Shown piece by piece: positions 27,696-57,814 of a stretch of DNA of 64,000 nt (its first letter is position 1; each line of letters opens with the position of its first letter). The DNA comes from Macrostomum lignano. Its lineage: Eukaryota. A program made the position numbers and the translations under genes. Where the stretch lies: contig NIVC01000056.1 in NCBI GenBank assembly GCA_002269645.1, positions 558,001 through 622,000 of the forward strand, written 5' to 3'. The notes beneath the pieces were generated by a model. It did no database searches. It saw only the letters and a program-made list of their open reading frames with translations, and was not told where the DNA came from.

Positions 27696-30034
27696 GCACT
27701 GACAACACCAATTCTGAAAAAAATGTACATGTACATGTAGAAATCTTGGCTTTGTCCCCCCTTAAAATCCATGGCGACGCCCCCTGTACGTAGTTGCTCC
27801 GCTCTCACCGACGTAAGGATCGACGCTTTGGTAGAATATGGCACCCTGAATCCTTTATAAAGTTGATTCCTTTGTAATTCAAGTTTACTTCAACTGCCAT
27901 TAATTCAATACAATATTTATATGTATCCGTGCTTAGCAAAAAGTACTTCGTAGTTATGCAGCTCTGAGCGCGCAGTGATTGGTCATCTCGCTTGTAGAAA
28001 CACACTCGGCCCAATTACTACGTTCAACTAAAACTGAGCCAGCCCCAAAGTGCACCGCGTCCTAACATACATATATATACACAAAAAAGGGCACAGGCAC
28101 TTCATGTACTCATGTACTGCAGAAGAACGAGTTCTTTTCTTATAAAATGCTCGAGAGCGATGGTTTACGCAAGAATACACTCTGAAGAGATATATATGTA
28201 CGCGACCTTTTCATTTTTTGTCCAAAATATAATAAGTAATTTATCAGCATTTATTTAATAATTTAATCAGCCCTTAATAATATAATTATTAAAGATTGTA
28301 CCGTAATTATAATTACTTTATCCGTAATTATAAATACAGCTCATGAACATGAATTTTAAATGTGCATGTCGTTCGAATAGCTCGTAAAAGAAAAATTCTT
28401 CTATTCATTCGCTGCGTCAAAAAGTGACTGCACAAGTTACTACACAACACGCGAGCCTGCATGCACACCAAAATCTTCAAGTTTCATTTTCTCGACTCTC
28501 AACATGAGACTAAACAAAAAACGAAATTTTCGCCTCCTTTGCTCTACTTTGTTCATCACACTGCGTACTAATTATATGAAGCACATACATACTGAATGAT
28601 CACCTTTTAATATAATTACGAGCGTACGGCCATTCGAGTTACGATCGATTTAAAATATCCTATTAGTTTCTCTGTTAAACAAAAAGATTAAGAGATAAGA
28701 GATGAGTCTTAATTATGTTTGTTTGTATATTTTGAAGTACTTCTATTTTATTATATTCATTGGCGTGAACCCAGAACTTTTGCTTGGCTTTTGTTATGGC
28801 ATGGGTGTTGGGTGTCCCAGCGTGGACATCCTGTGCAAACATGCAGCTTTTTAACATTCCGCGCTCCTCCGAGGCAATTCAGCAAAACCTATATCCTGCA
28901 TAACTACTATATTTTAACTACTATACTTTATATCAACACTTGCTGCGTTTCCAAAACTTAAAAAAATTCTTTGATTTTTAACTTTTTTTAGACAGTTTTC
29001 TGGTTTTTTTCTGAGACACCTAGCTTAGGACTCTCGTTATATTTGCGGCTTTTTACTAGCCTTTATGGTTAGCGGCATACGAACTATTTGGCGCAAATTC
29101 AAATTTTTATTTCTAAGAGAGCGTGTCCTCAATGTTTACATGTGACCAATTGTCATTGAGATCACTTGTGCACCTTTTATTTTTAGATTCGTTTTTATCC
29201 CTTCGTCATTCGTCATTATGTGATTGAATTTTATTTTGATAAAAGAACATTAGATCTATGGCAATTCGTTTATTACCTGAATTACTTCATCCTGGTTTTA
29301 TTTTGCTTTTTTTGGCTAGCTTCTAGCTAAAATTACTAAGACGATTAGGGACTCTTTATTTCATGTTATTATGGTTTTTCAAAATTATTCTATTCCTGAT
29401 ATTTTGTGAGATTGAACATCTACCTGTTGTTTTCTTCTTGTCCCAATAATCTTGAAGTATATTTAATTTAGTTTTTTATGTCACTACTAATTATACTTTG
29501 CAAAAACGATTGTTGTGTTGACATGTCAAAACAAAATATTTAGAATTGAAACTATTGAAAAATCAGACAGTCAGTGTTGAGTTAAACTTTGCCATTTGCT
29601 TGTAGTTCTTTTTAAATAAGACAATATTTGAACATTATACTATTGTTGATTATACAAGCTATTTTACTAGTAGTTAGAAACTAAACTACATATTTTTTTA
29701 TATATGAGAAATTTTAGTTATTTACTGATTTTTTAAATTTATGCTTGAAATATCTTTTTCAACTTTATATTCATAAATAAAGCTTGCTTTAATATAAAAC
29801 CTAAAGTCCAAACAAAAGTGTGTTAATATTCATTTTTTTGTTTTTGTGCATATTAAAAAAGATTCTAAAATGTAAGTTTGCATTTTGCCAAGTTTTAGAT
29901 GCACAATGTACGATGCACATTGTACTTTTAAACTTTTAAAAAATATTTTGTCTTAGCTTAGCAATGTCTCTTACAATATTTAAGCTTTATCACAACTTAG
30001 ATTATTAAGCTAAGTTAAGTTGACACCTTCTTAG

Positions 30035-30873
30035 ATCCTTAGTTGCTAGGCCAGCCTCCCAGATCCTCAGTTGCTATGCCACTGCCAGCCTCCCAGATCC
30101 TCAGTTGCTACGCCACTGCCAGCCTCCCAGATCCTCAGTTGCTAAGCCACTGCCAGCCTCCCAGATCCTCAGTTGCTAAGCCAGTGCCAGCCTCCCAGAT
30201 CCTTAGTTGCTAAGCCACTGCCAGCCTCCCAGATCCTCAGTGCTGGGCTAGCCTCTCAGAGTGTCAGTTGCTAGGCCAGCCTCCCAGATCCTCAGTTGCT
30301 AAGCTACTGCCAGCCTCCCAGATCCTCAGTTGCTAAGCCACCACCAGCCTCCCAGATCCTCAGTTGCTGGGCCAGCCTCCCAGATCCTCAGTTGCTAGGC
30401 CAGCCTCCCAGATCCTCAGTTGCTAAGCTACTGCCAGCCTCCCAGATCCTCAGTTGCTAAGCCACCACCAGCCTCCCAGATCCTCAGTTGCTGGGCCAGC
30501 CTCCCAGATCCTCAGTTGCTAAGCCAGCCTCCCAGATCCTCAGTTGCTAAGCTACTGCCAGCCTCCCAGATCCTCAGTTGCTAAGCCACCACCAGCCTCC
30601 CAGATCCTCAGTTGCTGGGCCAGCCTCCCAGATCCTCAGTTGCTAGGCCAGCCCCCCCAGATCCTCAGTTGCTGGGCCAGCCTCCCAGATCCTCAGTTGC
30701 TGGGCCAGCCTCCCAGATCCTCAGTTGCTGGGCCAGCCTCCCAGATCCTCAGTTGCTGGGCCAGCCTCCCAGATCCTCAGTTGCTGGGCCAGCCTCCCAG
30801 ATCCTCAGTTGCTGGGCCAGCCTCCCAGATCCTCAGTTGCTGTGCCAGCCTCTCAGATCCTCAGTTGCTGGGC
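30035..30873 (+). repeat. Minisatellite family A, third locus (28-nt units plus 34-nt CTAAGCCACTGC variants)
   Basis: Same core unit and orientation as 1328-2055. Confidence 0.95.
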
Positions 30874-31879
30874 GACTGCCATCATCCCAGATCCGTTAAT
30901 TTATATTTTAGGCTAAAACTTTACTGCAGAGCTTTCAAATGATCAGTCGTTTGCTTTTAAGATGTGCATGCATATTGTGCTATATATCCTATAGTTTATA
31001 TCTATCCAATTATGAATTGCTTTCGCAAAAAATTTTTGTTGATGCCTCTGTTTATCCTTCCATAGCCAGATGCGAGACCGTAGCCTGTTGCGTCTCTTGC
31101 GTTGGTTCTGCCTTGTCTCTTTGGCGCCTCTGCGTCCATCCAGCTCTTCTTGGCAGGCGAGGGAGGGTTAGAGTGGCTCTCGGTTGAGCAGCTACTCCAA
31201 GGTGGGAATCGTTAATGCTATTTAGTTGCGAGTCTCTCTAAACTGCTCAAGACACCCTTCAAAGTCCAGTCCCTGTGCAGTAAGTATGAACTGTTGCAGA
31301 ACAATAGCAGCTGGCAAATAAATCTTTTTAATTGCCAGCCCGCTGTATAGCTCGCTTATTGGTGCTGCAGTGTTTATTTTGCTTATACTGCGACTGGATT
31401 CTGATTAGTGGGATTAGTTGGTTAGCGGTTCCCAAGGTCGTGCAAAAGGAGGCGATTAAGAATCCGCATTTCCGATCAATTCTGTCTCAGTGCAGTCGCA
31501 CTGCTTGTTCTTAATTGTTCGGCAAGGAGCGCACATGTTTGTCGTAAGAGAGGAATCGGATTTTTCTATGGGTTTGTCTATGGGGAAACCTCACTAAGCA
31601 CTGTGCGTTCTCTGGAGCTTACTGAATACAACTGGCGACACGACAAATGTACGTTCCTTGGCGGGCTCCAGCTCATTTTTAAGAAAATTAAAATTTTTAA
31701 ATAGCGTCCTTATACTTTGGCTACACATTGTGTTAAATCGTGTGTATGACCGCTTAGTGTCTTTTATGTTCTCAGTAAATAGACTAGCAACCAGCGCCCC
31801 CCATTGGGGAGCCAACAAAGAATGGAATAAAAAAATTGAATAAACTACATGTAGCTTCTGACCCCCCAGACTTGACATC

Positions 31880-32320
31880 GCAGCAATTCCCCCTGTCAGC
31901 TTTGACATCTCAGCATTCCCCCCGTCAGCCTTGACATCTCAGCATTCCCCCCATCAGCCTTGACATCTCAGCATTCCCCCCATCAGCCTTGACATCTCAG
32001 CATTCCCCCGTCAGCCTTGACATCTCAGCATTCCCCCGTCAGCCTTGACATCTCAGCATTCCCCCGTCAGCCTTGACATCTCAGCATTCCCCCATCAGCC
32101 TTGACATCTCAGCATTCCCCCATCAGCCTTGACATCTCAGCGATTCCCCCGTCAGCCTTGACATCTCAGCAATTCCCCCCGTCAGCCTTGACATCTCAGC
32201 ATTCCCCCATCAACCTTGACATCTCAGCAATTCCCCCGTAAGCATGGACATCCCAGCGATTCCCCCATAAGCCTTGACATCGCAGCAATTCCCCCGTAAG
32301 CATGGACATCTCAGCGGTTC
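31880..32320 (+). repeat. Minisatellite, ~28-30 nt unit CCCCCGTCAGCCTTGACATCTCAGCATT
   Basis: Direct tandem repeat. Confidence 0.92.
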
Positions 32321-32589
32321 CCCAATGAATCTTTTATTTTCGACACGACGCTTCCTTCATTTTTGATTGAAAAAAAAAGTGTTTTGCCATGCAGGTTGCG
32401 CGCAGTCCTCATGTATATATCTATATCTATTTTACATTCAATCGTGTACGAGCTGCCTGCAGCGTACGACAAGTGCTTATATAAGTCTTATAAAAGTGTA
32501 TCATAAAGCACCCTGACATCTCTGACAGCATGCCTGGACTGTGGTCACTAAACCTCAAAATGCAACAATTTTGCAGACCGGGTTCCTCT

Positions 32590-35603
<3,014 letters not shown>

Positions 35604-35679
35604 TGACGGTGGGCTGTGATTTGAAATATGCGTCGTTTTGAAAGCACCTCATAATTGATCGGCATTTTTACTTCAGAGT

Positions 35680-35960
35680 AAGAAATTTCCTGTGTCAATG
35701 TACAGCGGGGCAGGGCGGGGAGTGAGGTGGATGTCCTGACAAGGGGTAGGAATTTCCTGTGTCAATGTACAGCGGGGTAGGGCGGGGAGTGAGGTGGATG
35801 TCCTGACAAGGGGTAGGAATTTCCTGTGTCAATGTACAGCGGGGTAGGGCGGGGAGTGAGGTGGATGTCCTGACAAGGGGTAGGAATTTCCTGTGTCAAT
35901 GTACAGCGGGGTAGGGCGGGGAGTGAGGTGAGCATCCTGATAAGGGGTAAGAACTTCTTG
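35680..35960 (+). repeat. 67-nt tandem repeat, about 4 copies, G-rich, just 3' of the PRKX stop
   Basis: TTTCCTGTGTC recurs at 35686, 35753, 35820, 35887. Confidence 0.92.
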
Positions 35961-37152
35961 TTTCAATGTACAACGAAGTGAGGTGGACAGTCAAGCTAGA
36001 GATTTTTAACTTAAATAAATCTGGAATCAAAGGCGTCGCTGTGAGTGCAAATTTAGCAGAAATAATCGGGGTGCTTTCCAAAGTTTGTAAGATTTCTGCA
36101 ACAATAAAATATTGATTTTCATGCCTAATTTCCTCATTCGAGACAATCTGGAGTTCTGTCAGAAGACAGGCATTCTCCAGATTTATTTGCCAGAGTTTTC
36201 TGCAACAATTTAGTTGACAGAAAATCGACGTTGTTAATGTGTCAATGCACTGGCCGCTTGATCTCGTGTCAAGCTCAAACTGATATCTTAGCCTATTTTT
36301 TGAATGAACAAAAACTTCTGACTTGCCAAAATTTGTTCTTCCAGCTCAACTGGCCGCATTAAGTCGGCAAATCCTGAGTGTGTGCGAACTTGTTTTACAA
36401 TTTATTCTTGTAAGTTTTTACTCTGTCCGGCAGATAATTTTGTGAAGCGCCTCTCTTAACGTTATTTAGAGTTTTTTAGTGACGAAGTTTGACAGTTTTT
36501 TGTGTATTTTGTAATCTAACAGATGGAATATTGTTTAAAATTGTGTCTATGGCTAAAATTGTGTTTTCAATTGTCTTGTTGTACTACTGATGCGCTGTCA
36601 GTAGTATGTATTGGGAAAACTCGAATATGCTTTTGTGAGATTCACCATAGGGTAGAGCTCGGCTCTTTAGTTGGACGCGTCTCTCTGTTTCACAAGCAAC
36701 AGGCATCTCTCGCTGCTCCAACAAAGCACGTAGCTGACTAAAAAAATTCCAACTGAATTGAAGTGCGTCTTCACCAAGCTGACTGACTGCCATTGTTTTT
36801 CCCACATTAACTTTTTCACCTGACTCGCTGATCCTCAAAGCGCGAGACCAGCCATCATCCAAGCCTCTGTTACCGAACTATCCTCACTCGTGCATGTCAG
36901 TCCTTTGTCTCTCAATACACTCTCAGGCCAAGCGGGTGCACAGGGTGAAGCTGACACACGAAACCGAGGTTGTTTATTGATTCTGTTGAATTGCAAAAAT
37001 CCAATTGTTGTTTTAAATACATAACTGCCCTGTGCCTTTTGTATATAGCTGCCACCAGCTTAAACTTTATTCGTCACGAACTGTCTGCTTTCACCGATTT
37101 TATTGCCCCAGAGTTGGATGATTGTTAGGTGTTATGCTGAATCAGGAATGAT

Positions 37153-37458
37153 TAATAACAATATAATAATTGCTTACACCTGCCCTAACGAGCAGATGGG
37201 CAATCGACAGCTCAGCCGCAGCTATTGCGCGGCGCATCTGAAGGCTGCGTACGGCTGTTCAGTCCAAGGACTGGGGGGTCGCCACACACCCTCAGTTACC
37301 CCAGCTAATGCTGGCACCCATTTTACAGCTGGGTGAACTGAAGCAATGCAGAGTTAAGTGTCTTGCTCAAGGACACAAATTGTTCCGAGTGGGTCGAGAA
37401 TCGAACCCCCGACCTTCAAGTTGCGAGTCCGACGCTCTGACCACTAGGCTACAACCCC
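37153..37458 (-). mobile_element. CORE-type tRNA-derived SINE, full-length copy 2
   Basis: Reverse complement of 55651-55957; A and B boxes, CORE-like segment, (TTA)n tail. Confidence 0.88.
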
Positions 37459-37964
37459 GTGTCAGGCTCAGGAAGGAGGCGAAACCGGTGCACTTGTTCA
37501 TTACACAAGAAGGCTGTCGGCGCGCCCACGCGATTGACATGTTTGACTGTTGCTGTCCGCCTTCGCCTGCGTCGGCCCCGACTCCCGTGTGTGTTGATTG
37601 CTGCTGTCGAAGCAAATGTGCTGCCTAGAGCGTTTGCTAAGAAGGAATGACTTCACCCAGGTAAAGTACTGGGCTTAAGTAAACTATTCAGCCCCAATCA
37701 TGCCCGGTAAGCCTAAGGGTGCCCGTGGTTTTAGATGGGTTTATTCACAACCAGAATGCTCAAGTGCGATGCGAAATTCTGAGCTGCTGCAGAGGGACTT
37801 GGCAGCCTGCACCAATCGATATGTAATTCTCTTGACTGCCCTCAGCTCTGCACTCTCTGCTTTCTCTTGGATAGTTTTTGCTTCCTCTTGCCTGCTTCTC
37901 AATTCATGGGATTCAATCTCGTGGTCGCATATGAGATCCAGATTGAGTAGCAGAGCATCACTTG

Positions 37965-38260
37965 AGGTTGCTTACCGACTGTCACCTGAGGTTGCTTACC
38001 GACTGCCACTGAGGTTGCTTACCGACTGTCACCTGAGGTTGCTTACCGACTGTCACCTGAGGTTGCTTACCGACTGTCACCTGAGGTTGCATACCGACTG
38101 TCACCTGAGGTTGCTTACCGACTGTCACTGAGGTTGCTTACCGACTGTCACCTGAGGTTGCTTACCGACTGTCACCTGAGGTTGCTTACCGACTGTCACT
38201 GAGGTTGCATACCGACTGTCACCTGAGGTTGCTTACCGACTGTCACTGAGGTTGCATACT
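37965..38260 (+). repeat. Minisatellite, 24-nt unit GTCACCTGAGGTTGCTTACCGACT
   Basis: Direct tandem repeat. Confidence 0.93.
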
Positions 38261-39519
38261 AGCTCTCAACCCATGGCTGATAGCTCGTATTTTTATGTTG
38301 TTTACAATATCCCTTTATTTTAGGGTAGCCTCAAAGCTACACATTTGTGCGTTGCACTTTGCGCTACTAGATGCAACCGGGAGCAAGTCTTGTGCAATTG
38401 AAAAGCTGTCAAGAATTGGTACAGACAGAAACAGACTGATTTTTACCGAAAAAGAAATAAGCGCGGCTTTACAAGACGAAAAAGCTGTTCCTGTCTTGCG
38501 GGCCCTAATTATCCCATCGGTGCGGTTCGGGCGTCAGCAATCAGGGGGTCACAATCAATGACAGACTAGCTGCCTGCCTCTGGACAGATGGGGAACAGAG
38601 GCGCGAATGGGGAGCTGATTTCGACGGCTTCTCTGCGCCACCGCGTAAAATTTCCAGCACTCGCTAAACGAACGAAATCCTAAGCTTTGCAGCTGCGGCC
38701 AGAAGTCCCAAGCGAATTCTGGGAATCTAGGAAAGCGGCGGACGCGCGCAAGGACCGTTAATGCTATTCAAATACGGATTGGAAGGGAGGCCATACAGAT
38801 AGTCATTTTTAGCCCCACGAAAGGACGTTCAGACTTGTTTAGTTAGTTTCAGTTTTTTATATGTCCTTGGCCATGATTGGGAGCTGAAACCCGTCCAGTG
38901 ATTATCTTTAGTAAACCTTGGCACAGATTTTCAGCTGAAGCCCGATCCGTTTTCTAACGCTCTGTAGTTAGATCGTGACTCAAACCAACGCACTCCGTTG
39001 ACAAGGCGAAACACGTTTTGCCTTTTATCAATTTGCATTGACCGGAAAGGCGGGAGTTGCGTCGCGATCCTGTTTAATTTTCCGTCCGGAACTTGAAGCC
39101 AAATTTTGAACCTGGAAATTGCGTGATTGCTGCGTCTGGCAGCCCCCCCCCCCCCCCGAGACCCAAGCAACAGACAGGGTTTGACAGGATAATTACAACG
39201 ATACAGACTCCTCGACTTGGATGGGAGTTTGGTGTTAATTATGACATTGAGTCTGTTTTTGACCTTCCTGATCAATCTTCCCCGTCTCCGTCTGTCTGTC
39301 TAGACTACTTTTGGTTTCAGACTGTCTCTCGTAGCTATACATCTCAATTTACTGGCGAAGATCAACTGTCTGAACTTTAGCTCGTGCCGAGAGTACCTGA
39401 CTTTTCTAAGTTTCCGGCCTAATTAAAAAACTGACTAGATTGAGTTATTGAGGCGTTATCGATTTACTACCGTCGCACCAGCAAGTCTGTGGGCGGGGGG
39501 GGGGACACATCGGTCTGAG

Positions 39520-40950
39520 AAGAGACGAGACACATCGGTCTGGGGCAAGAGACACACATCGGTCGGGGAAGAAACACATCGGTCTGAGGAAAGAAACACA
39601 TGGGTCTGGGGAGAGACGCATCGGTTTAAGAAGAGAAGCATCGGTTTGAGAATAGACGCATCGGTTTCAGAAGAGATGCATCGGTTTCAGAAGAGACGCA
39701 TCGGTTTGAGAAGAGATGCATCGGTTTCAGAAGAGATGCATCGGTTTCAGAAGAGATGCATCGGTTTCAGAAGAGATGCATCGGTTTCAGAAGAGATGCA
39801 TCGGTTTCAGAAGAGATGCATCGGTTTCAGAAGAGATGCATCGGTTTCAGAAGAGACGCATCGGTTTCAGAAGAGACGCATCGGTTTCAGAAGAGATGCA
39901 TCGGTATCAGAAGAGATGCATCGGTTTCAGAAGAGATGCATCGGTTTCAGAAGAGATGCATCGGTTTCAGAAGAGATGCATCGGTTTCAGAAGAGATGCA
40001 TCGGTTTCAGAAGAGATGCATCGGTTTCAGAAGAGATGCATCGGTTTCAGAAGAGATGCATCGGTTTCAGAAGAGATGCATCGGTTTCAGAAGAGATGCA
40101 TCGGTTTCAGAAGAGATGCATCGGTTTCAGAAGAGATGCATCGGTTTCAGAAGAGACGCATCGGTTTCAGAAGAGATGCATCGGTTTTAGAAGAGATGCA
40201 TCGGTTTCAGAAGAGATGCATCGGTTTCAGAAGAGATGCATCGGTTTCAGAAGAGATGCATCGGTTTCAGAAGAGATGCATCGGTTTCAGAAGAGATGCA
40301 TCGGTTTCAGAAGAGATGCATCGGTTTCAGAAGAGATGCATCGGTTTCAGAAGAGATGCATCGGTTTCAGAAGAGATGCATCGGTTTCAGAAGAGATGCA
40401 TCGGTTTCAGAAGAGATGCATCGGTTTCAGAAGAGATGCATCGGTTTCAGAAGAGATGCATCGGTTTCAGAAGAGATGCATCGGTTTCAGAAGAGATGCA
40501 TCGGTTTCAGAAGAGATGCATCGGTTTCAGAAGAGATGCATCGGTTTCAGAAGAGATGCATCGGTTTCAGAAGAGATGCATCGGTTTCAGAAGAGATGCA
40601 TCGGTTTTAGAAGAGATGCATCGGTTTCAGAAGAGATGCATCGGTTTCAGAAGAGATGCATCGGTTTCAGAAGAGATGCATCGGTTTCAGAAGAGATGCA
40701 TCGGTTTCAGAAGAGATGCATCGGTTTCAGAAGAGATGCATCGGTTTCAGAAGAGATGCATCGGTTTCAGAAGAGATGCATCGGTTTCAGAAGAGATGCA
40801 TCGGTTTCAGAAGAGATGCATCGGTTTCAGAAGAGATGCATCGGTTTCAGAAGAGATGCATCGGTTTCAGAAGAGATGCATCGGTCTGGAGAGACGCATC
40901 GGTTGAAGACGAGACGCATCGGTTGAAGACGAGACGCATCGGTCTGGAGA
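39520..40950 (+). repeat. Minisatellite, 20-nt unit GCATCGGTTTCAGAAGAGAT, over 60 near-identical copies with degenerate ends
   Basis: Direct tandem repeat. Confidence 0.97.
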
Positions 40951-41511
40951 GACACGTCGGACCGATTCGCATCGATTTTGAAGGCCTGACTCTCGTGTTC
41001 CTCTAAGGCCCAGCTCATTGCCGGTATCAATTCACCTTTAAGCAACCAAAATGAGCTGAGGAAAACTTTAGCCTGCATACAACGGTCTTTCACTAGACCT
41101 TTATTGATCCATTGTTCGGTGCGATATACGACAACATTAAGAAGCATGAGTGGACATGCAAGAGGTGCAGCAGTACCCGCACATGTTCTGGGTCGCTTCA
41201 TGCACAAGCACGGCAGGTAACACAATGCAAGGTATTTTCACTATTAGCAACGCAATTATTTATCGAAGATTATGAGTAAAAAAAGGATTTTCTGCCAACG
41301 TCAGAAAATAATTGCATTCGATTTAGAAGAGGACACAGCAAACTGTGTAAACTTGTGGTTTCTTCTTTCTGTCCACCAAAAAGAGATAAAATCTATCAAT
41401 CTAGCAACGTAGCATTCGCAAGATCCAGCTGTGTAGATTAGCCACCAGAGAAATCAATGACGTTGGCTAACCTGCATCCGGTATCTGCCACAATCTGATT
41501 ATTTGCCTGTG

Positions 41512-55212
<13,701 letters not shown>

Positions 55213-55650
55213 GCTGTTCAGGGGAGTCGAGATGTGCTCAGGAGAGCGGGAGGGTTCGCGTGCCGGCTGCCGTCAGGGCGGCTGCGCTGTCATCGGGGTG
55301 CCGCGGTGCCGAGCATCGGAGGCGAAGCTGAGGTGCTGCTGGTGGCTGCGAATGAATAGGTTTTGGGTTGCGTTATCTACGGCAATATTCTGTTCAAACA
55401 CTTCGAGAGCCTCTGAAATCCCTCCAACTTTCAAATTCTAACAAATCCTGCCAAAACTCTATAGAAAATCCCGACTGAACACTCCGAAACCCTATTCAAA
55501 CTTTCCTAAACCCCAGCTAAAACCATCTAAACCAGCCCGAAACCCACGGAAACACCGTCCTCATCCTACAGAAACTACCAACAACTTTTCCACAACCAAA
55601 TTAAATGTCTTGAAGCATTTAAACAATACTCAAGGCTTTCTTGCTGGAAC

Positions 55651-55957
55651 GGGGGTTGTTGCTTAGTGGTCAGAGAGTCGGACTCACGACTGAAAAGTCG
55701 GGGGTTCGATTCCCGATCCCACTGGGAACAATTTGTGTCCTTGAGCAAGACACTTAACTCTGCATTGCTTCAGTTCACCCAGCTGTAAAATGGTGCCAGC
55801 ATTAGCTGGGGTAATTGAGGGTGTGTTGCGACCCCCCAGTCCTTGGACTGAACAGCCGTACGCAGCCTTCAGATGCGCCGCGCAATAGCTGCGGCTGAGC
55901 TGTCGATTGCAAATCTGCTCGTTAGGGCAGGTGTAAGCAATTATTATTATTGTTATT
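55651..55957 (+). mobile_element. CORE-type tRNA-derived SINE, full-length copy 3
   Basis: A-box TGCTTAGTGG, B-box GGTTCGATTCC, CORE-like TGTGTCCTTGAGCAAGACACTTAAC..TCAGTT..CTGTAAAATGG (55733-55793), (TTA)n tail. Confidence 0.88.
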
Positions 55958-56234
55958 TCTGGAAGTTATACGGTTTCAAGCAAAGCTTAACAAAGCGAAG
56001 AACAGATCGGCATCAGTCTGTCCTGGAATCAATCTAATGAACTATTTTGAAATCAGATAGAATGAAGAGTTTTCCTTCTTTCCAGAGAAGACCACTTGAA
56101 TGTACTGCGCGTTTACGGTGCGGATTAACTGGCTGAGTTGGCCAGTAAGTGGAGCTGTTTAAGTCGGCTCTTGGATCGATATTTTATGAGTCAGTCTTTT
56201 GTCCTCATTAATGTGATTACCCTGCGGCAGTACA

Positions 56235-56457
56235 TTCCAGGTAAGACCTGAGTGATTCCAGGTAAGACCTGAGTGATTCTAGGTAAGACCTGAGTGATTC
56301 CAGGTAAGAGCTGAGTGATTCCAGGTAAGACCTGAGTGATTCCAGGTAAGAGCTGAGTGATTCCAGGTAAGAGCTGAGTGATTCCAGGTAAGAGCTGAGT
56401 GATTCCAGGTAAGAGCTGAGTGATTCCAGGTAAGAGCTGAGTGATTCCAGGTAAGAG
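56235..56457 (+). repeat. 21-nt minisatellite TTCCAGGTAAGAGCTGAGTGA x11 (each unit contains YAG|GTAAGA)
   Basis: Units start every 21 nt from 56235 to 56445. Confidence 0.95.
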
Positions 56458-56959
56458 ACAGAGGCGTCCATAACGTGTGGAACGCTAGGGGGTATAATTT
56501 TTCACCTGAAGAAAAAAGCACAGATTGTTGCAGAATTTGTAGCGGACTTGCTGCTGTTAACTAATCACCAATTACATGCAGACGACAGACAAGAAAGAGC
56601 TCTATCCCTACTCACGGGCGCCAACCCTCCCCAGCAACTGCCTGTGAGCTGCTAAGCTGTCAGTTCAGGTGGGAGGCTCTGGCAGCACCACATATGGATT
56701 GACAGGTCTCTTGGCTCGGCTTAAGATGGAATTTGACGGACGGGAAATGCCTCTGCGGGGGTTTGAGAAGGAGGCGGAGAAACGAGGGGTTGATTGCCCG
56801 TCAAAGTTTTTAGTTTTCAGCGTAAAGTGATTGACATCCCTGAGAATTTTGCTTTCTAACGTTTGAAGCAATTATCGAACAGCTCGCTTGAGGTGAGCTG
56901 TGGCTAGAAATAGGTTCAGGTTGCCCCTCATTTTGAGAATCATAGGCTGGGATTCCAGA

Positions 56960-57355
56960 TAATAATTTGGGATTCTATGGGACAAGTGAGGTCCGATTCT
57001 GTGGGATATTTGAGCTGGGATTCTATGGGATAATTGAGGTGGGATTCTGCAGGATAATTGAGGTGGGATTCTATGGGATAACTGAGGTGGGATTCTGTGG
57101 GATAATTGAGGTGGGATTCTGAGGGATAATTGAGGTGGGATTCTGTGGGATAATTGAGGTGGGATTCTATGGGATAACTGAGGTGGGATTCTGAGGGATA
57201 ATTGAGGTGGGATTCTATGGGATAACTGAGGTGGGATTCTATGGGATAACTGAGGTGGGATTCTGTGGGATAATTGAGGTGGGATTCTGTGGGATAATTG
57301 AGGTGGGATTCTATGAGATAATTGAGGTGGGATTCTATGGGATAATTGAGGTGGA
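56960..57355 (+). repeat. Minisatellite, 24-nt unit GGGATTCTATGGGATAATTGAGGT
   Basis: Direct tandem repeat. Confidence 0.93.
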
Positions 57356-57814
57356 ATAAACGTTTCATTGTTTCTGAGAACGAAATTTCACAATATACGA
57401 CAGAAGGAGTTCGGGATACCAGAAAAGGAATTTGGTATCCAGGGGGACGCCCGACAAACAACTGAAAAGTAGAAAGTGCAGCGACTCACGCGGTAACTTG
57501 CGCGGGAAGCTGTGCTCAGCTCTCCCAGGCTACTTGGCTTTGAATGAGGTGGAAAGGCAACGGGGGGGGGCGGCAAACCGGGCCGGTTGCGATGGTCCAG
57601 AATCGGGTCGCGGCTGGGCCAAGAGGCTGCCTGAATTCACATATCAATCATCAGTCCGACCCGCTGTTTCAAAGGCCTCCCTGATTGGCTGGAGGCCTGC
57701 GGGCCGATCAGGGCCAGCTGGGATTTACGAATTGATTCAGATCGCAGGAGGGGCCTTCCTTTGTTGGAGAGGCTTGCAGCGCTTGCCAGTAGTTTGCTAA
57801 AGTGTAGCCACATG

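Noticed and set aside
27466-27787. MITE with CAGGG termini enclosing the 21-nt array
   Set aside because: The inverted match is only 5 bp and there is no TSD
36584-37960. Short minus-strand ORF-like stretches (GKTMAVSQLGEDAL; HELRSRQEEAKTIQEK)
   Set aside because: No recognisable family and no consistent splice structure
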